Shown here one piece after another: positions 12,961 to 25,432 of a stretch of DNA of 64,000 nucleotides. The DNA lies in the NCBI GenBank assembly GCA_050273025.1, contig CP158635.1, positions 25,358,001 through 25,422,000 of the forward strand. Direction: 5' to 3'. Position numbers and translations under genes: made by a program. Source of the DNA: Cenococcum geophilum. Its lineage: Eukaryota. Numbering within the stretch: the stretch's first letter is position 1; each line of letters opens with the position of its first letter. The notes under the pieces were generated by a model. It did no database searches and was not told where the DNA came from. It was given only the letters and a program-made list of their open reading frames with translations.

Positions 12961-14755
12961 GTAGTCTCTTTATAGCCTATCTACTAAACTTTATACTATA
13001 TTTTATTATTAATATCCTTATAACTAATAATCTTTAAAACTTACTATTCGTCTTCTTCTTATCCTCTATACGTGTCCGCCTTATAGACTAGTAAATCTAT
13101 ATCTCTATATACTAGTTCTAGTATTATAATATGCTATATAGGGTAAATCTTTATTCTTACTAGTAAGTTAAGTCTATACATAACTTCTAAAATCTTAGCT
13201 ACGATTTTAAATAGTCCTAGTCTAACGTAGTCTAACTTCTTACTTAGTTGTCAACTTTTGAAATTTATATATAGTAGCTATACTTTATCTCCCTCCTTAA
13301 GATCTAGTCCCTTAGATCTCTTAGTATTATAGTACCTTTTTATTCTTTGCTATACTGCCTTTACTATTTCTATAAGGTCTGCATAAAGATTTATTAGTGT
13401 CTTTATTCTTTACTTAGCTATACTACTTATTTTCTTAGCTTATATCCATAATTCGCCTTAAATAGTAATATCTCCATTTCTTCTTATAGTATTACATTAT
13501 ATATAAACTATATAACTAGTAATAGCGATACCTAATTATTCTGTACATAATTAATATAATACCTTAGATACTATTCTAGTGTCTAGTTTAATCTTTCTAT
13601 TTAACCGTCTATCTATAGGTAATATATAGTTAATATTACTACTTAAACCCCTTATTTTACTAAGAATACCTCCTAGAATACTACTATAAATCTTAGATCT
13701 CTATCTAATATAATTTTACTTAGTGCTCTATATCTTATAAATACTTCCTTAATATAGATTCTAGCGACATCCTCTACTAAGATTTCTTCTATATATGCTA
13801 TAAAGTATCCCCACTTTATAAGCTTATCCACTATTACTAAGATCGCGTTATAATCTTGTCCGGTAATAGGATCTCTTAACTTTAGCAACTTTATAATAAA
13901 GTCCTATAATATAACCTCCTATAGTCTTTCTAGTATTTTAACAGGTTATAGCCCTCTATATAGCTTATACCTTATTAGTTTATTCCTTTAGCAATCTAGA
14001 TATTCCTTTATAACTTTCCGTACTATACCCTAAATTCCATTAATAATATACTCCTCTTAGAGTCTTAACACTAAGCCTATAGCTCTATTATGCCCTTAAG
14101 TTATTCCCTTATAAAAGTCTTTTATAAAATGCTCCGCTATACTTCTTAGGATGTACTTTACATCTCGTTACTTATACAATTCTACCTCTAGATTTTCTAG
14201 CTACTCTTCTAGCGTTACTTCTAAGATCCTTTATGCCTAAAAGCTTTCTAGTATCTTATAGACTTATTCTAGTTCTTCTTAAGTTACTACTATCTTTAGA
14301 TAATTATATCTAATTAATCCATCTTTATCCCTTTACAACATTTCTCCTAATAGCCTTTTATCGTTTTATAATTTAGCCTTTCTACTAAGCGCGTCTACTC
14401 GTACATTTTCTATACCCTTAGTATACTAAATTTTAAAATAGTATTCTATAAGTATCTCTGCCTATCTAACCTATCTTTAGTTAAGTTCCTTCGTTATTAG
14501 GAATCCTATAAAGTTTTTATAGTCCGTCTTAACTATAAATAGCCTCTCTATACCTTATAAGAATGCTCTCTATTCCTTAAGCGCTGTAACTATACCTAAT
14601 AACTCTTTATTATAGATGTTATAGTTTAGTTCCGGTAGTGTTATCTTTTAACTATAGTATACTACTAGGTGCTATATATCCTAATATTTCTATAATAAGT
14701 ATACTCCTAGTATAAAGTCTAATATATCCGTTTTAATAATCGTATCTAACCTTAG

Positions 14756-15322
14756 TGTTAGGTGACCGAGCCACCTCACCTATATATATTGTTCCGCACA
14801 GCCGTGCCTGGCGTCAAGCCAGTCACTTGCTTACCTTTTTTAGGTGTGTGTGGCTGAGTGGTGCGGAGCTTATCACCTCATATAGTGACTGGCTTGACAC
14901 CCGGGGCCTCGTGGGTTCGAACCTCGTTCGAACCTCAGGCTGACTCGGGGACAGCCTTTGCCGGTACGGTACAACAAGAAGCCGGTTACGCAACCGAGCC
15001 TAGCTTGGTTGGGGGGTACCGTAACCGAAGACGCCGGTTGTGTGCGATCGAAGCGCGAAGCGGCCTCTTCAGGCGCCGCGCTGTAGCTGCTGGGGGTCCA
15101 ATATATTACGCACACATGCTCCCGAGGCATGGGGCCAGCGAGCCTGTGTCTGCTACTGTTGCGCCCGGGGACAGTCGCCATTGGTAGGGATGCATTGTCA
15201 GGTGACCGAGTCACCTCGCCTATATGTATTGTTCCGCACAGCCGTGCCTGGCGTCAAGCCAGTCACTCGCTTACCTTTTGTAAGTTTGTGTGGCTAAGTG
15301 GTGCGGAGCTTATCACCTCACA
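14756..15322 (+). mobile_element. TRIM (miniature non-autonomous LTR retrotransposon), 567 bp, inserted in the RNase H region of Gypsy A
   Basis: 127-bp direct terminal repeats 14756-14882 and 15196-15322 (TG...CA/TA), 5-bp TSD CTTAG (14751-14755, 15323-15327), 313-bp GC-rich core, little RIP. Confidence 0.92.
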
Positions 15323-18300
15323 CTTAGTTAATAGATTTTAAGGATTAGGTCCTAGGTAAATAACTCCTTAAGTTCCTTAAACAACTTCTTATATTTATCT
15401 CCCTATCTCTATAGTTCCTCTTTCTTTATAAGCCTTATAAACAGCTTAATATTCTTTAACTATTATATAATAAACCTCCTATAGTAATTGCAAAACCCTA
15501 AAAATAATCTTAACTATGTAACGTTCTCTAGTTCTTGCCAATCTACTATAGCTTTGACTTTCTTTAGGTCTATACTAATCTTTCCTAGTTTAATAATAAA
15601 TCTAATAAAATCGGTTTTTCTTATAAAGAACTCGCATTTCTTAATTACTACTAGTATCTATTCTTCTTATAGTCTCTTTAAGACCCATTTAACGTATTCT
15701 ATATATTCTTCCTTATTTATTAAATAGATAATAATATCGTTAAGATATACTATAACAAATTCATTAAGGTATTCTTCTAATATATTATTAATTCGCTTCT
15801 AGAACGTCGCTAGTGCGTTTATAAGCCCGAATTGCATAACTAATGGCTTATATAGTCCTTCCTTTAATCTAAAGGCTGCCTTCTATTTATCGCCTTCCTT
15901 AATCCTAATTTAATAGTACGCCTATCTTAAATCTATCTTTATAAAGATTTATATATTACCTATTCTATCTTAGATCTTACTAATTAAGGGTAAAGGATAT
16001 CTATCCTTTCTAGTAATGCTATTTAACTATCTATAGTCAATACATAGCCTTAGTTTGCTATTTTTCTTTAGTATAAATAGTACTAGATAACCTGCTAATA
16101 ACTGCGATGGTCTAATATATCCTTTTCGTAAATTGTCTTAGACGAACTCTTTAAGTGCTTATAACTATTTTTTAGTAAGCTTATAGGTTAGGTAGAACCT
16201 TAGACTAGTTCCTAGCTCTAACTCTATTTTATAGTCCCATATTATATACTCTAATAACTTTTCATTTTCTAGGCTCTATAGCTTCTTACCATATTTATAG
16301 TATCTCTTTAGTACATAACTTAAGCCTTACTTAGTCTCTTCGTATATCGCTCCGACTTAGTACTATACTATCTTAGTTTATTATCGCATCTTACGTTATT
16401 AAGTATCCCTAATATTAACTTATCCTATAATCTAATCGATCTTTAGATTATATTCCTATAGCTAAGGCATTCCTAGAACTGCCGTATCTTTTCCCAATAG
16501 TAAGATATTAAAAGACATCGTGACTTATCTTCCTTTAATAACTATCTAAATAGGTCCTATTTTAAGATTAATAATGCCTCCTCTATAGGCTATTAGATCT
16601 CCTAAAATTATCACTAATAGATATAGCCGCTCCTTCTACCTATAAGGTAGCCCTATCCGCTTAACTACTGCTAATAAGATATAGTTCCTTATTACTCCAC
16701 TATCTATTAGTGCTTTAAACTGCTAATCTTGCCACTTAATTCTTAAATTTAGGTGTTGTCCTTAAATTCCTTTAAGGGTCTAAGGCTCTACCACTAGTTC
16801 CCTCTAGTCCTATAGGCCTTGCCTTTTCCCAACTATTAGCTGCTTAATCCTACTATATCTAGCCTCTTCGTTAGCTAATATCTAGTTTATTTCTTATCTT
16901 TAATATACTATAGACACATATTTTCTAGGCATTCCTACTACTATTATCCGTCTAAGCATTCCTCTATTAGGTATCTTCCTAGTTAAAGTATTAAATTATT
17001 TACTTCCTAAATATCTACTAGATACTAGCTGTATATATACTTAGTATTCCTATATTTCTTCTTATTAGGTGCCCACTATATCCTAGTTAGGTATTTCCAG
17101 TTTTTTACCTTTAGCGCTTTATATATCTCGCACTAGTCATCTATATATACAATCTATGCCAATATATAATACGCTAGGTGCTTTAAGTTAACTCTAGACT
17201 TATCTTCGCCCTTAAGTTTAAACCTTTCTTTAGGCAATCTAAACGTTAGTTTCTCGTTTGCTAGTACTAAGATTTATTAATTATCTCTCTAGTCTTCTAA
17301 TCTGTTCTCTAGATTCTTTAACGTTATAATTAATACCCCTTTAATATAACCTATGCGTTTTTCCGTAATAGCTTAGTCTTAAACGACTTATTCATCCAAC
17401 TATATATAGAAGTCTTCCCACTTATTACTATATCGCTATCTATACCATTTTTTATATAGCTAGTTAAGTATATACGGCTTGTCTATAAGGAAGTATCTTA
17501 TTATTACTACATTATAACAACCTTTAGTATATCTTTCCTTAAATCTAGTAGGGATCCCTAGGTCCTCCTCTTCTTCTAGTTCAGCTAACTACTTTACTCT
17601 AAGTATCCCTACTCTAGGCCTATTAGTAATTCTTTATATTAGTACCCTATACTTTAGGTAATCTTGCATTTCTAACCTTATATTATACTTCTGCTATATA
17701 AAGATTCGTTATCTAAATTCTTCTATACTTTCTTTTAGCTTTCGGCTCGCGGCTAGATCCTTAAAGTCCTTCTACTTCTTAATCACCATATTAACTTTTC
17801 GACTTTTAGGCTTAATATCTTGTCCGCCTCTTATAGAAGTCACTATTCGTTCTCTAAATCTTAGTCTTCCGTCTAGGAACTTTCATCCCATACTTATTCG
17901 TATATCACTAAACTAAGCTACTGCCCTTTCCTATTGGTTTTCGTCCGTTATAGGTCCTTAAGCTGTCCTTATCTCGTCTTAAGAATCTTAGTTATATCTT
18001 ATCTCGCTTTAAAAATCTTAAGCTTCTCTTATCTTATTTTAAGAATCTTAAGCCTATAGCCTTTTGCCTTTATTAAGTGGTAAGGTAGTAATATTAAATA
18101 ATCGTCTACTAAGTTTGCTCTAAAATATTCCTCTTCTACCGTCTTATAAAGTAATAGATATTATATCTAATAGAGTCTTAATCCCTATTACTAATTTAGT
18201 CTCTATTACTAATTTAACCTCTACCTCTATTATTACGTCCTTAAGGTCTATATACTCCTAGTAAGCTGCCTTTATTACCTTATTATCGCTACTAATAATC

Positions 18301-19710
18301 TAATTATCTTAATCCTTAGATCTTGCCGCTTAGTAGAACTAGTGTACAAGAACTTTCTCCGCTAACTACTAGCTTGCTATACCGTCTTTATCCTAATCTA
18401 GTTTATAGAGTTAATCCTATTCTTTATCTAACTTTTATATACCCTAGAGTCCTTTTAACTTAGGCTCTTATAGCTAATAGCTTACGCTATACTTAGCGTC
18501 TTTATAAATTTAGTATATATTATTATAACAGAACGCAAAACTGTTAATTAAACACTCTCTAGTTCCTCGCAGCATATTATTATCCCTCTATATATATATA
18601 TCGTCTACTAGTCTAGTTCCCTTTACCACATAGTTACTCTAACCACCTCTATAGTCTCTAGCAAAATAACCTTATTTCCCGCAATTTATATAAGCTCCTT
18701 CTTTATACCACTTTTCTTACTATAGAGTCCGCTTAAACGTCTTCTACTATTAAGATCCCTAGTTTAGCCTTTACTCCTTAGACCTTTACTTACTTAAGCC
18801 TTATCCTCTAGGTTTCCATAATCTTTTATTCTAACCTTAGCCCTCCTTAATACCGCTTAGGTCTATTAGCTCTACGCTATACTATAGTTTAGATACCTAT
18901 TACGTCTTCTTTATATATACCGGTCCCTATTATATTCTTCCTAACTTCTTACTTTAGTATAGCCGGTTATTAACCCTAATAGCTTATTTAATTAACTCCC
19001 TTATATCGCTTAGATCGTCTATTAGTATTATTATACTTTAAACTTTAGCCTTTAATCCGCGTCGGTATTAAGCCATTAACGCCCCTATGTTCTACTTAGT
19101 CTACGCTACTAGTATCTAAAACTGCGTTATATAGTCTATTACTGATCCCCTTTATATAAGTTAGTAGAGTTTTCCCTCTATAGTTACTACTAATTCCAGA
19201 TCTCCGTATATCTATATTAGTCTACTAGCGAATCCTTCCTAGCTTAAGAATATATACTATACCTTTAAGTTAGTAGTAGCTAACCTATTAGTTTATATCT
19301 CCGTAAGATAGGGTTTAAACTACTTTAGTGCCTAACCTATTAAGAATAACCCTGCGTACGCGACCTAATCTACTATATTAGCTAGCTTAGTTCCCTTATA
19401 ATATACCTTTAGTTTAATCTACGTTAGGAATCCCTTTAGCTTATACTTCTCTCCTAAAAACCTCTTAATTAATAGCATCTTAATTCTTTCTCTTTTTATA
19501 TCTAATAGCTACTATTATAAAGCCTACTAGTTAGCATCGTTTTAGTTAATAATACTCCTAAGCCAATTTATTGTAATAACGTCTGAATTACTTAGCATAC
19601 TAGTGTCCCTATTGCCTAAGGTTATTGCTACCGTAGATGGCGTTGTAACTGGTGCTTTAGGTAGCATCGTATTAACTTACTATCTTCTACCGTGACTATA
19701 GTAGTGATTA

Positions 19711-20133
19711 TATAACAGAACGGAGTAGGTAATACTATAGTACGTCCTATTATTGGGCCGGGTATATAGGTATAGATATTAAACAAATTACATAGGTTGT
19801 ACTAGTAGAGTATTTGCCTAACAGATTAACTCTAATTATATTCTAAGAATTACTATAAGGAAGGAACTATCTAAGGTAGGGACCGAGGTCCTTTAAATAC
19901 ACAACCGTACTCCTAAGAAATCCTTCTTATACGTAAGGTACGTCTAGTATATAAGGTACATACGTTCCCTTCATTCTCTACGTTTTATACGTAGCATATT
20001 ATATAACCTTAGTTACCATTCCTCGTCACATAGTTTAACCGGTTCCATCCTAGACCGTGCTTCTATTAACCAACTAGCTGCTTCCGACTCCTCTCCTAGT
20101 AGTCGTAACATCGTACTTAAAGCGTCCGTAATA
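19711..20133 (-). repeat. 5' LTR of Gypsy A
   Basis: TATAAC...CGTAATA (RIPed TG...CA); colinear with 1217-1460 + 11993-12171. Confidence 0.9.
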
Positions 20134-20138
20134 AATCG

Positions 20139-22945
20139 GCGACGCTAGCGTTTAGCGTTAGTGAGCTCCTATCTTATAAGACGATTAATTTATAAGAATT
20201 AAGGACATCTACTTATCCTCTACTGTTGCTCCTGCATCTATACTTACTACTTTAGTATTTTATTCCCTCCCTTCCTCGCCTATATAGCGGCCGATATTAC
20301 GCGTTACCTTACGCACTACTTACCTCCTGCATCCGACCACTTTATCCTTACTCTAAAATTAATCAATCTAGCTTGCGATAAGGCAGTAGAGGTAGAGGAG
20401 TTTAAGCTATACGATAAGTACTATATTTAATATAGCGCTTTAATAAGAGGACCAAAATATATAAAGTAGCGCACCTCGCATATATAGAAGTGGGGGGAGG
20501 ATATTTAATTAAAGTCCGGTAGCGACGGTATAGCTTATTACTACTACTATCTTTATAAGCGAATATAGCGTAAGCAGGAGCTGCTTATAGTCTTATCTAG
20601 AAGGACTACTACTATAGACTACCTAGTAGAGGATCACTATATAGATAAGATAATAGACGTGCTTAATACTTACCGAAAACCTAATAAATCTAACTAGCTA
20701 ACAATTAATAAGTATCTAGAGGAGAGGTCGCTTAATAGAGCTCGTAACTTTAAGAGGTTTAAGCAGTTGCTTATTTAGTGGATTATTTACTACTATATCG
20801 CCTTCTTCTAATTTAAAAACGTCTATTTCCACAAGCTACTATATTTTATCTACCCTAGGCTTAAAAAGTTTCTACTAAAGGTAGCGAATATAATACAATC
20901 GTGGGCTATAAACAAATAGGAGTAATAGAAGGAGTTGCTAAGCAAAGAGCTAAAGGCCGCTTATAGCGCTATATTAATATCCTTTAACCTATAGACCTTA
21001 CTAAACGGCTATACAATTCTTAGTATTATCGCCTATTTTATTAATAAGGACAGTAAGCGTCACGATATAGTATTGGGCCTCTATAAGATTGTTAGTAAAT
21101 ATACTAGTAAGAATATAGCAGCTATTCTAGTTGCTCTATTTAGGGACTATAGAATTATAGGTAATATTAGGTTCTTTATAGCTAATAACGCTAAGTTAAA
21201 TAATACCTATATTAATATAGTTCTTTAAGCCCTATATCTAAAAATATTAGTAAAGAAACAAAAAGTATATTAACTTTACTACTTCGGCTATATAACAAAC
21301 CTCTATATATAGGCCTTTATTATTAGAATAGACATTAATAAAATCTATAAGGAAATAGCAGCTGCATACTGCGATTAGAATTATAGCAAGGTTTAAGAGC
21401 TCTAGAAGAAGTAGGGACCGGTTAGTTTACTTTAAAATCTCGTTTGGTATATTTATATAACTCCCTAGTATTATAGTTTCTTTAGGAGGATTTAAATAGG
21501 GGGTCCTTTGTTGGAATTTAATAGCTTAGAAGTACGTAATAGAGCTATAGTATTGAGATTTGCTACCTGGCAGAATATTAGGCGAGTCTCTAATTAGCTA
21601 CGGCGTCGGATTTTATATTTACCGCCCTTAACGGTCGCAATCCGAGCCTTATAGTCGCAATATTTAAACTTATAATACCACCCATAAAAGCAATACTAAT
21701 AATCTACTAGCTTATCTAAAATAACTAAACGCAATAGAACTTACTCTTCTTAGTTATCTTATAATTTTTAAACTATAGAGAATAAATTACTATATTCTAT
21801 AGGACCTATAAACCTAGTAATAAAGCTAAAGCGCTTACTAGAGACGACCTCCTCTAGCTAAAGCACTAGCTCTAGCTCAAACACCTTTATAATTACCTCG
21901 AGATATTCTATAAGGCTATAATTATAGTAGAGGGCAATCAAATAAGTCTTACTAACCACTTTTAAACACTAGATTAGCTTCTTAAGGAGCTCTTATTAAC
22001 TAAGTAGAAGTTTCTTAAACTTTCTACTTAATTACTTTAAAAATAAAAAAAGGCCGACGCTTAAGCTTATTAATACTTAGCAGACTATTTAGAGATAGTA
22101 TAGGAGAAGGGAAATAAGTACTATAATAAGGCTAATAATACAGCAGCGTACTATATAGTAATCGTTCTTAATCTAACGCTTAAGATATAGTAGTTTAAGG
22201 ACTATTAGAGGCCGTATCCTATTAAAAAGGATTAGATTAATAGCGTTAAGCAGAAGATTAAGGAGCTCTGACCTAATTATAAAGGCTAGTATTTATCTAT
22301 TTAATCGTCCTTACTAGCGCCAGATTTAGTACTAGTTTAGTAACCTTAGTAAGCGAAGATCTATACCTCTACTTAAAATTATAAGCGCCTAAAAACGGTT
22401 TACTAAAACAATAAGACTACTACACCTCTAATTAATTGCTTTAATAAGTATCTATATACAAATAAGCTTAAGCTTAAAGAGCATAAACACTGTAACCTTA
22501 TATAGTACTGGCAGGACCGCTATTTAAGCTAGCCTAATCTTGCTCGCTTCGCCCTTAATATCCTTATGGTGCCTCCTATAAGCAATGAATATAAACAACT
22601 ATTTAGTAGCTATAAGATCCTCCTTAAGGCTTAACGCTCTTAGCTATAGATAGATATAATTAAGGTAAATAAGGGTCTTTAGTATAGATATAGACGTCTA
22701 CTAAAGGATATATTTAATAATAAGGATATTAGCAAAGTAGAGGGAGAGCCGCGGCCACCAAAGCTCTCACCTAAAGAGGAGGCTAAGGCTCGGCTTGCTG
22801 CTGCGGTTACTGCGGAGGCTGCTGCTTAGGTAGATAAGGAGGATAAGGAGGCTTTGGCTGAAGAACTCGCTAAGGAGGCTGCTTTAGAGGGCGACGATAA
22901 GGCTGGCAATAAGGAGGAGGACCTTTCTACTGCCGATATAATGTA
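20139..22945 (+). pseudogene. RIPed hAT transposase of element A (N-terminus at ~1144-1216, split by Gypsy A)
   Basis: De-RIPed motifs RTSHIWKWG (BED-finger region), ISFDLWTSPNG, MADNAESND, RLRCFGHITNL, TRWNS and C-terminal dimerisation PPMSDECERLFSS. Confidence 0.85.
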
Positions 22946-23142
22946 ATATAGGTAATTTTTAGTCAGTCCGGCTACCCCAATTAACGACCTATAAGCATGC
23001 CAAGACTTACTATTTATAGTATATACTACTTATATAACTGCACTAGATTTATCCTAGAGCTCCAGGAGCCAAACCCTATCTTCTATGGAGTGGAGTGGAT
23101 TCAAATCAAAATCCAGTCCAGTCCAGTCCAATGAGATCACTG

Positions 23143-23195
23143 GTAGAGTTAACTCTGGCTCTTAATTAGACGAAGGATTACATAGAATAGGGTAA
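23143..23195 (+). pseudogene. Continuation of the DUF3638/DUF3645-type gene after the 22-kb insertion stack
   Basis: Immediately after the hAT TSD: LTLALN*TKDYIE* (de-RIP LTLALNQTKDHTEQ) then GTAAG donor; this is the motif that follows DLKLP..ARG in the family. Confidence 0.7.
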
Positions 23196-23477
23196 GCTTA
23201 CTACCGTCAATGAAAGAGTTAGTTCTGAAAGGTTTGATTATATAGTTTGCCGTATTATCAAAGAATGGCATTTATAAGATCTTATAGTTAGATTCTGGAC
23301 GTGGAAAATATAAGATCACGGGAGAATGGGCATTAGATAGTTAAATAGCTCTTAGATTCCTTAGCTAGATTACAATACCACGCCTTTCCTACATCCTTCT
23401 TTGCTAATTTTAACAGTTATCTATCCGCTCCAAACCCGTTATATCGCAATATCCCCTTATACACTATAATCCGATCC

Positions 23478-23873
23478 TTATTTGCAATGAACATCTCCTG
23501 TTGGCTGCAAATCATACACTTGCCACAACCCGAAATCGTATTCATTGGTGTAAGTTTGAAAGTCCGTGTTAAGTTGCGTTTTGAGATCACAAGTATTATA
23601 TGTACGCCACAGCCGAAACCCACACACCATTTCTAGTGAGCCACTGGATACAAAAGTCCAACATAATGATATGTCATCATATTCGGGAAAATCGACGGAC
23701 GCGATACAGTCCGTGCCTAATATTTGTCCGACTACCCAACGTAGGTCCGTATAGGCTTGTTCCAAATTGTCATTGGTCGCGATTTGGTGTTGGACACGGA
23801 CATAACTTTGTTGACAATCTAAGGCGTGTGTGAAGAGGTTAAGTAAACCGAGCATCAACATAAGAGTACGCAT
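23478..23873 (-). CDS. Small secreted Cys-rich effector candidate, LARS-like (131 aa)
   Basis: Intact intronless ORF, signal peptide MRTLMLMLGLLNLFTHA, 6 Cys; N-terminal LDCQQ, CGFRLWR and C-terminal GDVHC resemble LARS family hallmarks; paralogue at 25031-25432. Confidence 0.88.
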   Translation of the reverse strand: MRTLMLMLGLLNLFTHALDCQQSYVRVQHQIATNDNLEQAYTDLRWVVGQILGTDCIASVDFPEYDDISLCWTFVSSGSLEMVCGFRLWRTYNTCDLKTQLNTDFQTYTNEYDFGLWQVYDLQPTGDVHCK

Positions 23874-25030
23874 TGTTATGTCAAAACTATAGAAACTTAG
23901 CTTAGGTTATATAGATTTAATAAAGACGATATAGGAATACGTACTAGTAATAAAGCCACAAAGAATAAATGTGGCCGGTTGTAGTTTCGTCTTTCTTAAA
24001 AGTTTAGGTTAATGTTAAATAAGATTATACAAAGGGGTCTAATTAATTGGAGGAGGGAGGAGGTAACAAAATTTATTAGATTGAAACTTCTCGTATTCAG
24101 AATTGAGGTCTGAGGTCTAATTTGCAAGCAGGCCTTATTGTTAAATTGCTCCATATAACCATTAATAGCGGAAGTAAAGTACGAAATAGTAAAATAAAGC
24201 CGCTAATTATAACAGGGAATATAAGGGTGTAAGCCCTGTAAGCTTGTTGTGCGGCCCTATAAGGAAGAAGCCTTAAAAGCTTATTATTACCCTAAAAGCG
24301 CTAGTGTTTCAGGTGGTGTTTTGATCAAGACTGCATGGTTTTAACTTCCGGTTTGTTTTCTAATACAGTCCGTTATATTCCGACTATAGTAAAATATAAA
24401 GTAATTTAAACCTAAAAGAGTAAAGATTAGTATATTGTTTGGCTTAGATATAAACACGAGGTAAACCTATAAGCATTATCTATAAGCGTATTATTAAAGC
24501 TCGGCCCAAGGAATTAGATTAGGAAGGAGCCATCGGGACTGCTGCATTCTGAGGTATTTAGCAAGGAAAAGAACTTTAGTATATTAAGGATGGCGGAGAA
24601 ACAAGGAGCTACGGAAGTTAGCGGATTAACGGTGCCATGTATTACCGGTAGCGATGTAATACAAATGGTAAAGGGGTAATACCTCCATACACTAGAAAAT
24701 TAGGATATATCAGGGTATATAAATCTTAACCTAGCCGCACGCAATAATACAGAGAGAAATTTCCTGCTAACATGTAGGTAGTATATTAAATAGTTTAAAA
24801 GACTAGAGTTAAGTAGGGAAGGCAATTCTCATTATATAGAAGATATTTCCTCTAACTAGCACTAATTAAAGTTAAAGAAACGTTATTGCTTAAAATTAAA
24901 ATGATATCTTCTTAAGAGATAAAGAATATAATCTAGCCCATCTATTTAAAATAAGTTATTTAAAATAGATCTAATGAACCTTTTAGAATCTAGCTAGGAA
25001 TTTGCTAACAATTCCTACTGTATAGCGTCT

Positions 25031-25432
25031 TTAGCTACATTCAACGTCACCAGTAGGCTGCATATCGAAGACCTGCCAAAGAGGTATATTCCAATTGTTA
25101 CTTTCAGATTGAAGAGCAGAATTCAGTTGTGATTGGATGTCACAACTCTTTACAACACGCCAAAGCCTGAATCCACATACCCACACCATTTTATCTGAGA
25201 ATGATGAGATAAAGCAACCGTTCAATACATCATAACTGGGAGAGTCTAAAGTCGCAATGCATCCGGTATTGAGAATGGCGTTGATGGATGTTGGTAGTTG
25301 GTACCAGTCGTTTGCGAGGTCATCGTTGCTCGCAAGCGGATGGTAAATGCGGACGTAATTTTGCTCGCAACCACTTGCGTTAACAAAAGTACCAATAAGC
25401 CCTAGGTGGGTTGCTAGGACGAAGAACCGCAT
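25031..25432 (-). CDS. Small secreted Cys-rich effector candidate, LARS-like (133 aa), paralogue of 23478-23873
   Basis: Signal peptide MRFFVLATHLGLIGTFVNA, 6 Cys at identical positions; ungapped hand alignment from first Cys gives about 50/112 identities (VCGFRLWR, LWQV.D.QPTGDV.C). Confidence 0.88.
   Translation of the reverse strand: MRFFVLATHLGLIGTFVNASGCEQNYVRIYHPLASNDDLANDWYQLPTSINAILNTGCIATLDSPSYDVLNGCFISSFSDKMVWVCGFRLWRVVKSCDIQSQLNSALQSESNNWNIPLWQVFDMQPTGDVECS

Larger units (their letters stand above)
1217..20133 (-). mobile_element. Ty3/Gypsy (chromovirus) LTR retrotransposon A, RIPed
   Basis: 423-bp LTRs: 19711-20133 and 1217-1460 + 11993-12171 (split by hAT B); 5-bp TSD AATTG/AATCG; gag start ~19667, RT VYL(D)DII, RNase H, integrase (IVDKLIKWGYF) and chromodomain on minus strand. 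Confidence 0.92.
1011..23142 (+). mobile_element. hAT transposon A (outermost element of the nest)
   Basis: Left TIR TAGTAATCTAACTAGACTAG (de-RIP CAGTGATC..CTGGACTGG) vs right end CCAGTCCAATGAGATCACTG; 8-bp TSD GTAGAGTC (1003-1010) / GTAGAGTT (23143-23150). Confidence 0.9.

Noticed and set aside
14843..14937. Functional tRNA gene
   Set aside because: Acceptor stem and anticodon loop are imperfect and it straddles an LTR end; reported only as tRNA-like.
14755..15341. Five overlapping ORFs (62-113 aa) in the GC-rich insert
   Set aside because: They lie in the TRIM, cross LTR boundaries, overlap on both strands and have no protein features; GC content explains them.
23417..23833. Short ORFs overlapping the 131-aa effector (and similar ones inside the SIX1-like gene)
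   Set aside because: Shadow frames of real CDSs.
24480..24700. Possible additional degenerate effector between the two paralogues (minus-strand ...SECSSPDGSF...)
   Set aside because: No start, signal peptide or WR/DVHC motif; similarity too weak to support.
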